From assembly GCA_903842475.1 (NCBI GenBank), contig CAIMMA010000342.1, positions 1 through 36,763 on the forward strand: a stretch of DNA of 36,763 nucleotides. Reading direction: 5' to 3'. A program made the position numbers and the translations under genes. Positions 18,198-28,203 of the stretch are shown here, in pieces. Position 1 is the first letter of the stretch. The number at the start of each line of letters is the position of its first letter. Below the pieces are notes generated by a model that was not told where the DNA came from, made no database searches, and saw nothing but the letters and a program-made list of their open reading frames with translations. This DNA is from an uncultured bacterium (GTDB lineage Bacteria > Desulfobacterota > Desulfobulbia > Desulfobulbales > Desulfobulbaceae).

Positions 18198-19142
18198 ATG
18201 GAATACAAAGATTACTATCAGGTTTTAGGTGTAGGCCGCGATGCCACCCAGGACCAGATCAAACAAGCCTACCGCAAAGTTGCCCGGAAATATCATCCCG
18301 ACGTCAGCAAGGTAAAAGATGCCGAGACTAAATTCAAGGATGTCATCGAAGCCTACGAGGTCTTAAAAGATCCCGAGAAAAGGGCTGCGTACGACAAATT
18401 CGGGGCTAATTGGCGGGATGGCCAGAACTTTGAGCCGCCGCCCAACTGGGATGCCGGTTTTGAGTTTCGGGGTACCGGGCATACCGGTGGCGAGGCCGCC
18501 GGATTCAGCGATTTCTTTGAATCGCTGTTTGGCAAGGACCATGCAGGAGGACCGCGCCGGCACACCTTCAGGATGCAAGGTGAGGACCAGCATGCCAAGA
18601 TTGTAATCAACCTGGCGGATGCTTATGCAGGAGCCAATCAGACCATTACCCTGTCCCGCCCGGAGGTCGACGATCACGGGCATGTCCGAACCAGTCCCCA
18701 CAGACTGCATATTGTCATCCCCAAAGGGATCATCGAAGGCCAACGAATTCGTCTCGAAGGCCAGGGCCTTCCCGGATACGGCGGCAGCCCACCCGGCGAC
18801 CTTTTTCTCGAGATCGTCTTTGCGGAACATCGACTCTTTCATGCCGAAAAACGGGATATTCATCTCACTCTGCCGATCACCCCCTGGGAAGCGGCCCTGG
18901 GCGCCTCTCTTACCGTTCCGACTTTGGGGGGCAATGTCCAGTTGAAGATACCGCCTGGATCGCAGGGCGGTAAAAAGCTCCGCCTCAAAGGGAAAGGATT
19001 GTCAACCGACAAGCATCAGGGTGACCAGATCGTCACCTTGCACATTGTGGTCCCTGAACCGAAAACAGAAGAACAACGCCAGCTTTACGCCGCCATGGCC
19101 CACCAAATGCCGTTCAATCCTCGCTCCGAACTGGGTATCTGA
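18198..19142 (+). CDS. cbpA: Curved DNA-binding protein / DnaJ class B co-chaperone
   Basis: J domain with [13 protein letters not shown], DnaJ C-terminal domain, no Zn finger; followed by cbpM. Confidence 0.93.
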   Translation: MEYKDYYQVLGVGRDATQDQIKQAYRKVARKYHPDVSKVKDAETKFKDVIEAYEVLKDPEKRAAYDKFGANWRDGQNFEPPPNWDAGFEFRGTGHTGGEAAGFSDFFESLFGKDHAGGPRRHTFRMQGEDQHAKIVINLADAYAGANQTITLSRPEVDDHGHVRTSPHRLHIVIPKGIIEGQRIRLEGQGLPGYGGSPPGDLFLEIVFAEHRLFHAEKRDIHLTLPITPWEAALGASLTVPTLGGNVQLKIPPGSQGGKKLRLKGKGLSTDKHQGDQIVTLHIVVPEPKTEEQRQLYAAMAHQMPFNPRSELGI

Positions 19143-19143
19143 T

Positions 19144-19449
19144 ATGACCGAGCAAAGCATCTACATCCAGGGCATGATTCTCGATGAAGAAACCTGCTGC
19201 AGTTTTGCCGATCTCTGCAGGCTTTGCGGGGTCAATGCAGAAACTGTCCATGAAATGATCGAAGAAGGCATCGTTACCCCCGAAGGACCTTCGCCACAGG
19301 AATGGCGATTTACTTTTGTCGCGATCAGACGGGTACAAACCGCGGCTAGGCTGCAGCACGATCTCCGCGTCAACCTTCCTGGTTGCGCCCTGGCGCTCGA
19401 ACTGTTGGAAGAGCTGGAGGAACTGCGTCGATTGTCCCGCCGCAGCTGA
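19144..19449 (+). CDS. cbpM: Chaperone modulator CbpM
   Basis: MerR-like, EMIEEGIVTP..W.F..RLQHDLRVNLPGCALALELL; 1 nt after the cbpA stop. Confidence 0.9.
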   Translation: MTEQSIYIQGMILDEETCCSFADLCRLCGVNAETVHEMIEEGIVTPEGPSPQEWRFTFVAIRRVQTAARLQHDLRVNLPGCALALELLEELEELRRLSRRS

Positions 19450-19481
19450 GCCTGCAGGATGCCCGCCCTGTTCTTTGACTT

Positions 19482-20831
19482 ATGACCTCTCTTTCCTTTG
19501 CCCCTCTCCAACTGCAGACTTTCTTTTTAGGGATGGCAGCGGGCGCAATCATTGCCGGCATTGTTTTCCTTCTGGCGCACAGCAGATCCCAACGGCGGCA
19601 ATTAATCCTTTCCATCCGCATGGAACGCTTGCAGGAAGATTCGCGGCATTTTGACGCGGAGATGCAAAGGCTCCGGCTGGAGCGCAACGAACTCGCCCGC
19701 GAATGCCGAAAAATCGATGCCGACAACGCCTCGCTGCAGACTGCCTGCAAAGTGATGCAGCAGCAGGTGGATGAGCGGAATATCCTGCTGGGTGAAACCC
19801 GCAAACAGATAGAGCAGGATTTTCAATTGCTGGCCGGAAAAATCATCACGGAAAAGGGCGAACTGCTCAACAAACAGCACGAATCCGCCCTGACCATGCT
19901 CCTACGTCCCTTCCGCGACCAGGTGCAGGAATTCAAAAGAAAAGTTGAAGATGTCTATGACCGTGATGCTCGAGATCGTATTGCCATGATCAAGGAGATC
20001 GAACACCTCAAGCAGCTTAATCAGCAGATTAGCACGGACGCTAAAAATCTGACAGAGGCGCTACGCGGCAATAACAAACTCCAGGGACAATGGGGGGAGA
20101 TGGTCCTGACTAAACTGCTTGAAGCCTCCGGGTTGCGTAACGGCAAAGAATTCGCCGTCCAGATAAGCATTAAGACCGCTGAAGGAGCAACCTATCAACC
20201 GGATGCGCTGGTCTATCTCCCGGAAAACCGCACGGTGATCATCGATGCCAAGGTTTCACTCAAAGCCTTCTTGGCCGCCCACCAAGCACCCGATGCCAGC
20301 CTGAAACAGCAGCATATCAAGCTCCATCTCGATTCCATCCGAAAACACACCAGCACCCTGGCCGGCAAACAATACCAACAACTCACCGGTTCGGGATCGC
20401 TGGATTTCGTGCTCCTGTTCATCCCGATCGAGGGGGCGTTTCAACTCGCCGTGGAACAGGACCCGGAAATCCTGACCAATGCCATGCACCGGAAAGTCAT
20501 CCTCGCCAGTCCTTCGACCCTGCTGGCCATCCTCAAGACCATCCACCATCTCTGGCGCATGGATGAGCAGAACCGCAATAGTTTAATCATTGCCAAACAG
20601 GCGGGGAGTCTTTATGATAAATTCGTTGGTTTTGTCGAGGCTTTCGAGGAAATCGGTGCCCGTCTTAATCAAACGCAACAGGCCTGGCATACTGCAAAAA
20701 ATCGGTTAGCTTCCGGTCAGGGCAATCTGATAGCCAAGACCGAAGCCTTGAGAAACCTGGGAGTGCAGTCGAGCAAAGAACTGCCGCACGCTCTCAAGCA
20801 CACATCATCCTCGCACGGAGAAACACTATGA
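19482..20831 (+). CDS. rmuC: DNA recombination protein RmuC
   Basis: N-terminal TM and coiled coil; QGQWGEMVL, QPDALVYLP, IIDAKVSL, DFVLLFIPIE and SPSTLLAIL motifs. Confidence 0.95.
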   Translation: MTSLSFAPLQLQTFFLGMAAGAIIAGIVFLLAHSRSQRRQLILSIRMERLQEDSRHFDAEMQRLRLERNELARECRKIDADNASLQTACKVMQQQVDERNILLGETRKQIEQDFQLLAGKIITEKGELLNKQHESALTMLLRPFRDQVQEFKRKVEDVYDRDARDRIAMIKEIEHLKQLNQQISTDAKNLTEALRGNNKLQGQWGEMVLTKLLEASGLRNGKEFAVQISIKTAEGATYQPDALVYLPENRTVIIDAKVSLKAFLAAHQAPDASLKQQHIKLHLDSIRKHTSTLAGKQYQQLTGSGSLDFVLLFIPIEGAFQLAVEQDPEILTNAMHRKVILASPSTLLAILKTIHHLWRMDEQNRNSLIIAKQAGSLYDKFVGFVEAFEEIGARLNQTQQAWHTAKNRLASGQGNLIAKTEALRNLGVQSSKELPHALKHTSSSHGETL

Positions 20832-21268
20832 AGTACCTGAGCATTTTTGCCCTGCTTTTTATGCTGCTGCTTTCCTCCTGCGCCACCAAGGGCCAGACCG
20901 GAGCTGCCGGCGGAGCGGCGGCCGGCGCCCTTATCGGACAGGCTATCGGCCACAACACCGGAGCGACCCTGATCGGCGCCGCGGTGGGCGGCATGCTGGG
21001 CTATATTGTCGGCAATGAAATGGATAAATATGACCGGGAGCAACTCAACCATTCCTACGAACGCGGCATGTCCAACCAGCGCTCGTCCTGGGTCAATCCC
21101 GACACTGGCAACCAGTATACAGTCACGCCGCAACCAGCCTATCAAAACCAATCCACCAATCGGGTATGCAGAAAGGCGGAAATCGAAGCCATCATCGACG
21201 GCAAACCCCAACGGACCTATAGCACCGCCTGCCGTGACCAATCCGGTCGTTGGGAGTTACAGCAGTAG
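20828..21268 (+). CDS. Glycine-zipper outer membrane lipoprotein (17-kDa surface antigen-like)
   Basis: Lipobox LLSSC, glycine zipper GAAGGAAAGALIG, W.NPDTG and TACR..GRW motifs. Confidence 0.88.
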   Translation: MKYLSIFALLFMLLLSSCATKGQTGAAGGAAAGALIGQAIGHNTGATLIGAAVGGMLGYIVGNEMDKYDREQLNHSYERGMSNQRSSWVNPDTGNQYTVTPQPAYQNQSTNRVCRKAEIEAIIDGKPQRTYSTACRDQSGRWELQQ

Positions 21269-21287
21269 CCAGCTGCAGGAGAGAGCA

Positions 21288-21689
21288 ATGCCCAGCGGTG
21301 AACTGGAGGTCACCACCACCGGTCGCCTCGAAATGATCGACCTGACCGGCCGGACGCAGCAGGCCGTGACGGCAAGCGGGGTCGATGAGGGTATTTTTCA
21401 TCTCTACAATCCCCACACCACCGCAGGGCTCATTATCAACGAGGGGGCGGACCCGGATGTCCAGCGAGATCTACTCGGTGGTCTTGGCCGAATCGTCCCC
21501 TCCGATTATCCGTATCTGCATGGCGAGGGCAATTCGCCCGCTCACCTGATGACCGCTCTTACCGGGTCATCGATTAGCGTATTCATCCACCAGGGGCGGT
21601 TAAGGCTCGGAACCTGGCAACGCATTTTTTTCTGCGAATTTGACGGGCCCCGCAACCGTTCAGTCTGGTGGAAAATCATCGCCGGCTAA
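21288..21689 (+). CDS. yjbQ: YjbQ / UPF0047 family protein
   Basis: PHTTAGLIINE, DPDV, HGEGNSPAH and LGTWQRIFFCEFDGPR motifs; SD AGGAG. Confidence 0.93.
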   Translation: MPSGELEVTTTGRLEMIDLTGRTQQAVTASGVDEGIFHLYNPHTTAGLIINEGADPDVQRDLLGGLGRIVPSDYPYLHGEGNSPAHLMTALTGSSISVFIHQGRLRLGTWQRIFFCEFDGPRNRSVWWKIIAG

Positions 21690-21713
21690 ACCGATTCCAC
21701 CAAAGGAACCCGC

Positions 21714-21929
21714 ATGTATTTTGGCATTAATCGCGCCACCGACGAACAATCCCTGATCACCTTTCTGCAGCACTTCAGCGATGATCGCCTCCTCAATATA
21801 CTCATTCCCCGCATGACCGAAGCGGAGATTCATCAAATGGTTGACCAGGTAACCGCCATCATGAAAAATCATCTGAGTGGAGACGAGTACCACACCCTCT
21901 TTCTCGGTGAAGATCATCATCACGACTGA
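21714..21929 (+). CDS. Small hypothetical cytoplasmic protein (71 aa, His-rich C-terminus)
   Basis: SD AAGGA; fills the gap between yjbQ and the UbiD-family gene; amphipathic helices. Confidence 0.7.
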   Translation: MYFGINRATDEQSLITFLQHFSDDRLLNILIPRMTEAEIHQMVDQVTAIMKNHLSGDEYHTLFLGEDHHHD

Positions 21930-21975
21930 CGGACATCGGCAATTGCCGTAACCCTTATTCTCTCTGCAAACCACC

Positions 21976-23748
21976 ATGCAATCACTTGTCAACCTGCGCG
22001 ACTTCCTGGAACTACTGCGCAAAAACGATCAGCTGCTCACTATCGATGTCCCGGTCGACCCTTATCTTGAAATAGCTGAGATCCATCGCCGGGTCATCGC
22101 CCAGGGCGGCCCGGCGCTCCTGTTCACCAATGTCAAACATTCCGCCTTCCCGGTGGTGACCAACCTGTTCGGCACCAACTGCCGTTTGGAACTGGCCTTT
22201 GGAAAACGTCCGCTCGATTTTGTTCGCGACCTGGTGGCGTTGGTGGAGAACTCCATGCCTCCGTCGCTCGCCTCACTTTGGCAGGCCCGTTCGCTCCTGA
22301 CCCAGGGACTTCATGTCGGCCTTAAGCAAAAGAAAAACGGTCCTATCCTCGATTGCTGCCAGCAACCCGCTCGCCTGACAGAGCTTCCGATGCTCACCTC
22401 ATGGCATACGGATGGAGGACCTTTCGTCACCCTGCCGCTGGTGTATACAGAGCACCCCGATGGTCTGGGCCATAATCTCGGCATGTACCGCATTCAACGG
22501 TTTGACGATACCACCACCGGTATCCATTGGCAGATCCACAAGGGTGGCGGGTTCCATTATTTTGCCGCCGAACAAAAAAACCAGGCCCTGCCCTTAACGC
22601 TCTATATCGGCGGCCCCCCTGCGTTGATGCTCGCAGCCATTGCCCCGCTACCCGAAAACATCCCGGAACTGATCCTCGCCTCACTGCTGCAAGGAAAAAA
22701 GCTGGATATGGTCGACGACCCCAGAGGCGGCCACCATCTGGTTGCCGAAGCCGAATTTGCCATTAAAGGAATCGTCGCACCCCATATCCGACGACCTGAA
22801 GGTCCTTTTGGCGACCATTACGGTTACAATTCGCTCCAGCACGACTACCCGGTATTCCAGACGACCCATCTTTATCATCGCAAAGACGCTATCTACCCGG
22901 CAACGGTGGTCGGTCGCCCCCGGCAGGAAGATTACTTCATCGGTGACTTTCTCCAGGATCTGCTCTCACCGCTCTTTCCGCTGGTGATGAAAGGGGTCGT
23001 CCAGTTGAAGACCTTCGGCGAAACCGGTTTTCATTGCCTGGCCGCGGCCCGGGTCACCGACCGGTACCCCCGCGAGGCCTTTGCCGCCGGTCTGCGCATC
23101 CTGGGCGAGGGCCAGCTTTCGCTCACCAAATTTCTCCTGATTACCGACGGCAGCATCGATGTTTCGCACTTCCCCCGGCTCTGGCAACATATCCTTGAAC
23201 GTATCCATTGGGATCGGGATCTCTTCGTTTTTGCCAATGTATCCCAGGACACCCTTGATTACACCGGTCCATCGGTCAACAAAGGCTCCAAAGCGATGAT
23301 GCTCGGCCTAGGCCAGGCAAAATGCCGCGAACTCCCCCTCGAATTCTCGGGATCGCTGCCTGAACAATGCGGGCGGCCGGCCGTTTATCTCCCCGGCACC
23401 CTGGTGGTCGAAGGCTCCTCCTACGCCTCATCGCCTGGGTTGGGAAAAACCTTGTCCCAATGGCCCGGTGTAGCCGCCTGGCCCGTCATTGTGCTGGTGG
23501 ACTCGACGGCGGCCACCACTGTCAGCCTGCAGGAATTCCTTTGGACTTTTTTCACTCGGTTTGAGCCCGCCGCTGACATCCATGGCCGGGAGCAGGCGGT
23601 ATACCGGTTCCACGTAGGCCTGCAACCGCCGATCGTTTTCGACTGCAGAATGAAACCCTGGTACACTGAAATCCTTGAGGTGGATTCTGCCACCAAACAA
23701 AAGGTGGACGATACCATCGATAAAATCCTGCCGCCGCGCTATCGATAA
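21976..23748 (+). CDS. UbiD-family prFMN-dependent decarboxylase (possibly menaquinone/futalosine pathway)
   Basis: GPALLF, DGGPFVTLP, NLGMYR, EGPFGDHYGY and VVGRPRQED motifs. Confidence 0.93.
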   Translation: MQSLVNLRDFLELLRKNDQLLTIDVPVDPYLEIAEIHRRVIAQGGPALLFTNVKHSAFPVVTNLFGTNCRLELAFGKRPLDFVRDLVALVENSMPPSLASLWQARSLLTQGLHVGLKQKKNGPILDCCQQPARLTELPMLTSWHTDGGPFVTLPLVYTEHPDGLGHNLGMYRIQRFDDTTTGIHWQIHKGGGFHYFAAEQKNQALPLTLYIGGPPALMLAAIAPLPENIPELILASLLQGKKLDMVDDPRGGHHLVAEAEFAIKGIVAPHIRRPEGPFGDHYGYNSLQHDYPVFQTTHLYHRKDAIYPATVVGRPRQEDYFIGDFLQDLLSPLFPLVMKGVVQLKTFGETGFHCLAAARVTDRYPREAFAAGLRILGEGQLSLTKFLLITDGSIDVSHFPRLWQHILERIHWDRDLFVFANVSQDTLDYTGPSVNKGSKAMMLGLGQAKCRELPLEFSGSLPEQCGRPAVYLPGTLVVEGSSYASSPGLGKTLSQWPGVAAWPVIVLVDSTAATTVSLQEFLWTFFTRFEPAADIHGREQAVYRFHVGLQPPIVFDCRMKPWYTEILEVDSATKQKVDDTIDKILPPRYR

Positions 23749-23816
23749 CCCGATCTTCTCAGCGGCGACCGCGTTGCCGGCAACATTCCCTTTGATGCAG
23801 CCCCCCCTAGATAACG

Positions 23817-24560
23817 ATGGAAGAGCGTTTACAAAAAATTCTCGCCAAAGCCGGCATCGCCTCCCGGCGACGGGCTGAAGAGCTGATCCGTGAAGGCAGG
23901 ATTAAACTCAACGGGCTAGTTGTTCATGAAATGGGATGTAGAGCCGACCCTGCACGTGACATCATCACCTGTGACGGCACACCGATCAACCTGGAACGCA
24001 AGATTTACCTTCTTTTAAACAAACCAAAAGGGTACGTCACAACCCTCTCCGACCCCCAAGGGCGGCCTATTGTTTCCGATCTGGTTGCCGATATCTCCCT
24101 GCGACTCTTCCCGGTAGGCAGGCTGGATCTTGACACCGAAGGGGCCCTGCTGATGACCAATGACGGCGAACTGGGCAATGCCATCCTGCACCCCAGCTTT
24201 GAAGTGAACAAGACCTATGAGGCCATGGTGACCGGGTCGCCCACTCAAGAGCGACTCAGACTCCTGGAACAGGGTATTGCAATCGACGGAGTCAGGACCA
24301 GCCCGGCCAAAATCAAAGTGCTGCAGAGGCGTAAAGACCGGACTTTGGTGGAAATCATCATCCACGAAGGGAAGAAGCGACAAGTCCGAAAGATGTTCCA
24401 GGCCATCGATCACCGGGTCTTGCACTTGAAGAGAACAGCATACGGCGACCTCCGAATAGGCGAGCTCCCTGTGGGAAAATACCGTATTCTGACCCCATTT
24501 GACCTAAAAAAAATATTTTCAGGAAAAATTCCCTTTACAATCAAAAACATACCTGCTTAA
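23817..24560 (+). CDS. rluB: rRNA pseudouridine synthase (RsuA/RluB family)
   Basis: S4 domain ERLQKILAKAGIASRR; LNKPKGY, GRLD and EGKKRQVRKM motifs. Confidence 0.9.
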   Translation: MEERLQKILAKAGIASRRRAEELIREGRIKLNGLVVHEMGCRADPARDIITCDGTPINLERKIYLLLNKPKGYVTTLSDPQGRPIVSDLVADISLRLFPVGRLDLDTEGALLMTNDGELGNAILHPSFEVNKTYEAMVTGSPTQERLRLLEQGIAIDGVRTSPAKIKVLQRRKDRTLVEIIIHEGKKRQVRKMFQAIDHRVLHLKRTAYGDLRIGELPVGKYRILTPFDLKKIFSGKIPFTIKNIPA

Positions 24561-24682
24561 ATTTCTACAGCTACCTGGAATCAGTAATATTTCTAATTTT
24601 CAGCATTTTCACGATTGTACCAGGCGAAAAAGTCAGGCGTTTTTCAGTTAATCCGAAGAGGATATTGCAGGGAGAGAAAAGT

Positions 24683-24970
24683 ATGAACAAATCCGAATTG
24701 ATTGAAGCCTTGGCCGAGGCGATGAACATTCCCATCCGTGAAGCAGCCTCGATCACCAATACCATCATCGACACGATGAGCGACGCACTTGCCAAGGGTG
24801 AATCCATAGAAATCCGCGGATTTGGCAGCTTTGTCGTTAAAGAGTATGAATCCTACACCGGTCGCAATCCAAAAACCGGTGAAAAAATCAAGGTCAGGCC
24901 GAAAAAACTACCCTTCTTCAAAGTTGGTAAGGATTTGCGGGAACAGGTCAATCAAGGCACCGGTAAATAA
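24683..24970 (+). CDS. ihfB: Integration host factor beta / HU family DNA-binding protein
   Basis: MNKSELIEAL, IEIRGFGSF, GRNPKTGE and PFFKVGKDLRE motifs; SD GGGAG. Confidence 0.8.
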   Translation: MNKSELIEALAEAMNIPIREAASITNTIIDTMSDALAKGESIEIRGFGSFVVKEYESYTGRNPKTGEKIKVRPKKLPFFKVGKDLREQVNQGTGK

Positions 24971-24983
24971 TCCCCCCTGACGA

Positions 24984-26330
24984 TCAACGGATTTCCTGCC
25001 CGTTGACCACCTCGCCGACCAGATCATAGGTGTGCGCCTCGGTGATTCGTACAGGTACGATATCACCGGGGCTGACCTGCCCTGCAGTTATATACACGCA
25101 GCCGTCTATATCCGGGGCCTGGCATCGAATCCGTCCTTCCAAGAGCAGTTCACTTTCCCCGCTGACCCCTTCAACCAGTACCGGCTCCACGCGGCCAACG
25201 AGCCGTTGTTGCTTCCTGGCACTTATCGCAGCCTGGGTTTCCATCACCAATTGATATCTGGACGCTTTTTCTTCATCAGAGACCTTGTTCGGCAAACCGG
25301 CAGCCAGGCTGCCCTCCTCGTCCTGATACTGAAAAACCCCGACATGATCGAGTTGCCATGCTTGCAGGGCCGAAACCATTTGGCCAATATCATCATCGGT
25401 TTCCCCGGGAAACCCGATGAGCATGGTGGTCCGGATGGCACACTCGGGAACCAATCTTCTGATTCTCTCCACCAAATCATCGAGCAAATGCCGATCGTAA
25501 TGGCGATGCATGGCCTGCAAGACCCGGTTGCTCACGTGCTGGAAAGGAATATCGAGATAGGGCAAGAGACGCGAATTTTTGGCCATCAATTGCAACAGGG
25601 CATCGGTTATACTGGAAGGGTACAGGTAGAGAAGCCGCAACCATGGGATGGAGGTCTTTTGCAACAGCGCTTCCAGCAAATCGGTCAGCGTAACTTCACC
25701 GTCCAAATCGTTTCCATAGGCGGTCAAATCCTGGGCTATCAAGGTGAGTTCCCTGACACCCGACTGTTCTAAAATGACAGCTTCAGCGGTCAAATCCTCC
25801 ACGGTCCTGCTGCGCAGCCGACCACGGATAGAAGGGATCATGCAATAGGTGCAACGGTTATCGCATCCTTCGGTAATCTTCAGGTAGGAACGAAAAAAGG
25901 GGGTTGAAACTCGGCGCTGTACCGTCCGATCCATGAGATAATGAGCCGGTCCGGGGGTGGTAATCATTCTGTTCCCCGGCGAAAATTCTCTGAGGAGTTG
26001 GGCGATGCGAGGAAAATCATCGAGTCCGACAAAAAGGTCGACTTCCGGCAATTCGGTCAGCAAGGCCTCTCCATAACGCTGCACCATGCATCCGGTGACC
26101 ACCAAGAGTTTTGCGGGCTCGTCTTCTTTATAGGCCGCCAAATCAAGAATTTCATCAATCGCCTCCTCCACCGCAGGACGAATGAAACCGCAGGTATTGA
26201 CCAAGATAACAGACGCGGCCTCCGGCTGCTCCACCGCAGTAAATCCATCCTGCTCAAGGGCGGCGAGCATCACCTCGGTATCGACCAGATTCTTGGGGCA
26301 TCCCAAACTAACCATAAATAATGTCTTCAT
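24984..26330 (-). CDS. rimO: Ribosomal protein S12 methylthiotransferase RimO
   Basis: SLGCPKNLVD, NTCGFI, radical SAM motif CDNRCTYC, TRAM end APDIDG. Confidence 0.96.
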   Translation of the reverse strand: MKTLFMVSLGCPKNLVDTEVMLAALEQDGFTAVEQPEAASVILVNTCGFIRPAVEEAIDEILDLAAYKEDEPAKLLVVTGCMVQRYGEALLTELPEVDLFVGLDDFPRIAQLLREFSPGNRMITTPGPAHYLMDRTVQRRVSTPFFRSYLKITEGCDNRCTYCMIPSIRGRLRSRTVEDLTAEAVILEQSGVRELTLIAQDLTAYGNDLDGEVTLTDLLEALLQKTSIPWLRLLYLYPSSITDALLQLMAKNSRLLPYLDIPFQHVSNRVLQAMHRHYDRHLLDDLVERIRRLVPECAIRTTMLIGFPGETDDDIGQMVSALQAWQLDHVGVFQYQDEEGSLAAGLPNKVSDEEKASRYQLVMETQAAISARKQQRLVGRVEPVLVEGVSGESELLLEGRIRCQAPDIDGCVYITAGQVSPGDIVPVRITEAHTYDLVGEVVNGQEIR

Positions 26331-27052
26331 ATCGTCCCCAGTTCACTGGATTGAAGCAACGCACAGAGTTGCCCGAGAAGGTTCTTCGATGCTGCACGAA
26401 ACGTTTTTTGCTGAAACTTGGGCGTCCATTCCTGCTGATATAATGTATCTGAAACCATAAATACAGCAGCAAGACGCACACTGCGAAAAGTGGCGACTGC
26501 ACGCAGGGCGGCGTATTCCATATCAACAGCCATGACCCCCTGGGCGCCATATCGGTGCACCTTGTCTCGGGTTTCCCGGTATACGGCATCTGTGGTCCAG
26601 ATCGGCCCTTGCTTGGGTTGATGTCCCTGGAGGGACAACGCCTTACAAAGGTCGAGAGATAAGGATGCATCGACGACGAGATGGGCCGAATACGGGTAAT
26701 GGCTGCTGGTCCCCTCTTCACTCAAACATTCGGTCGGTACAAACAGATCGCCGACACTCAGAGAAGGAACAAGCGAACCACACCAGCCGTACAGAATTAT
26801 ACGGGTGGCCCCCAGGGCGATGAGTTTTTCCAGGCAGAGAACCGCCATAGGGGCACCGACAGCCGGGCCGGCTAGAAAGAACTCGGCACCGGCATAGAGT
26901 TCCGAATTAAAAAGAAAAGTCCGGCGCAGATCATAGCGCTTGGCCAAATTGTGAAAAGCGGCGGTATCCGACGGATTGACGGCCAGAATCCCGGCAGGGG
27001 CGAGCAGCGGCTCCCCTTGGTTTCGCTGTGGGTTGATAACGCAGGTGGACAT
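26327..27052 (-). CDS. Nucleoside phosphorylase (PNP/UDP family)
   Basis: GAPMAV..LEKLIALG, EEGTSSHY, WTTDAVYRET, AVDMEY and VSD motifs; ATG 27052 lies just past the atpE terminator. Confidence 0.88.
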   Translation of the reverse strand: MSTCVINPQRNQGEPLLAPAGILAVNPSDTAAFHNLAKRYDLRRTFLFNSELYAGAEFFLAGPAVGAPMAVLCLEKLIALGATRIILYGWCGSLVPSLSVGDLFVPTECLSEEGTSSHYPYSAHLVVDASLSLDLCKALSLQGHQPKQGPIWTTDAVYRETRDKVHRYGAQGVMAVDMEYAALRAVATFRSVRLAAVFMVSDTLYQQEWTPKFQQKTFRAASKNLLGQLCALLQSSELGTI

Positions 27053-27069
27053 GATGGGAGGGTAACAAT

Positions 27070-27101
27070 AAAAAAGGGCCACGGCAACAGCCGCAGCCCT
27101 T
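27070..27101 (-). terminator. Intrinsic terminator after atpE
   Basis: Minus strand AAGGGCTGCGGC-tgtt-GCCGTGGCCC-TTTTTT. Confidence 0.85.
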
Positions 27102-27131
27102 CATAAGGGAATTCCCTTCTAACGGTCCGAA

Positions 27132-27392
27132 TTACAGACCGAGCGCTGCTTTGAACGGGTTGGCATAGAGCAGGATGAATGCGATAACCAAACCATAAAT
27201 GGCGATGGACTCGCACAGAGCCATACCAAGAATCATGGTGGTGGTGATGGCACCCTTGGCTTCGGGATTACGGGCAACGCCGTCACATGCACCGCGCAGA
27301 CCATTTCCCATACCAATACCTGCACCGTGTCCGGCCAGGCCGATACTGAGAGCAGCGCCGATACAAATCAGGGCGAGACTAAGTTTATCCAT
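27132..27392 (-). CDS. atpE: ATP synthase Fo subunit c
   Basis: GxGxGxG inner helix, ARNP loop, E61 carboxylate; SD GGAGG. Confidence 0.97.
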   Translation of the reverse strand: MDKLSLALICIGAALSIGLAGHGAGIGMGNGLRGACDGVARNPEAKGAITTTMILGMALCESIAIYGLVIAFILLYANPFKAALGL

Positions 27393-27466
27393 TGTTTTGT
27401 TCCTCCGTACTTAAGTTATATAAAGTTGGCCTTCTTCTCCGTTGAACGGAAACCTAAAAAAACCTT

Positions 27467-28189
27467 TTAATGAGCGTGTTCCATAGCACCAGCGCAGTAG
27501 AGCACGGCGAGCAGGACAAAAACCACCGCCTGGATGACCGATACCAGCACACCTAAGCACAGGATGGGCAGCGGGGCAAAGAAAGCGCCGGCCAGCATGA
27601 AAAGCACGGCCAGCAGGACCTCTTTGGCAAAAATGTTGCCGAAAAGACGCATGGAAAGTGAAATCAGCCGCGCGAAGTTACTGATCATTTCCAACAGAAA
27701 CATAAACGGAGCCAAGACCTTGCTCGGTCCCATGAAATGTTTGTAATACTTCAGCCCATGGTACCTGAAGCCCAGGACATGGTGGGTGACCCAAACAATA
27801 ATTGTCATCCCCAGGGTGATATTGAGGCTGGAGGTAGGCGACATGAACCCTGGAATAAGCCCGATCATGTTGGCCAGAATAATATAAAAGAAAAAAGTAG
27901 CCATCATGGGGAACAGCATTTTCGCGCCTTTTTCACCAAGATTCTCGGCGAAAAAGTCCATCAGACCGCCGATCATCACTTCCCAGAAATTCTGGCCGCT
28001 GCCCGGCACCATTTCCAGTTTACCCATGGTCAGTTTGGGGACGATAATGAGGAAGGCCATGACCATCCAGGTGTAGGTCATATAGGGCTCACACAACTTT
28101 TCCAGGAGGGTATGGCCGACCGGCGTGTGAGGTACCGGCAATCCTAATCCCTGCAGAATCAATGAAATAAATAATATCGGATGTTCCAT
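27467..28189 (-). CDS. atpB: ATP synthase Fo subunit a
   Basis: NMIGLIPG, SLSMRLFGN and IQAVVF motifs. Confidence 0.97.
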   Translation of the reverse strand: MEHPILFISLILQGLGLPVPHTPVGHTLLEKLCEPYMTYTWMVMAFLIIVPKLTMGKLEMVPGSGQNFWEVMIGGLMDFFAENLGEKGAKMLFPMMATFFFYIILANMIGLIPGFMSPTSSLNITLGMTIIVWVTHHVLGFRYHGLKYYKHFMGPSKVLAPFMFLLEMISNFARLISLSMRLFGNIFAKEVLLAVLFMLAGAFFAPLPILCLGVLVSVIQAVVFVLLAVLYCAGAMEHAH

Positions 28190-28203
28190 AACCTACATTC
28201 TCC

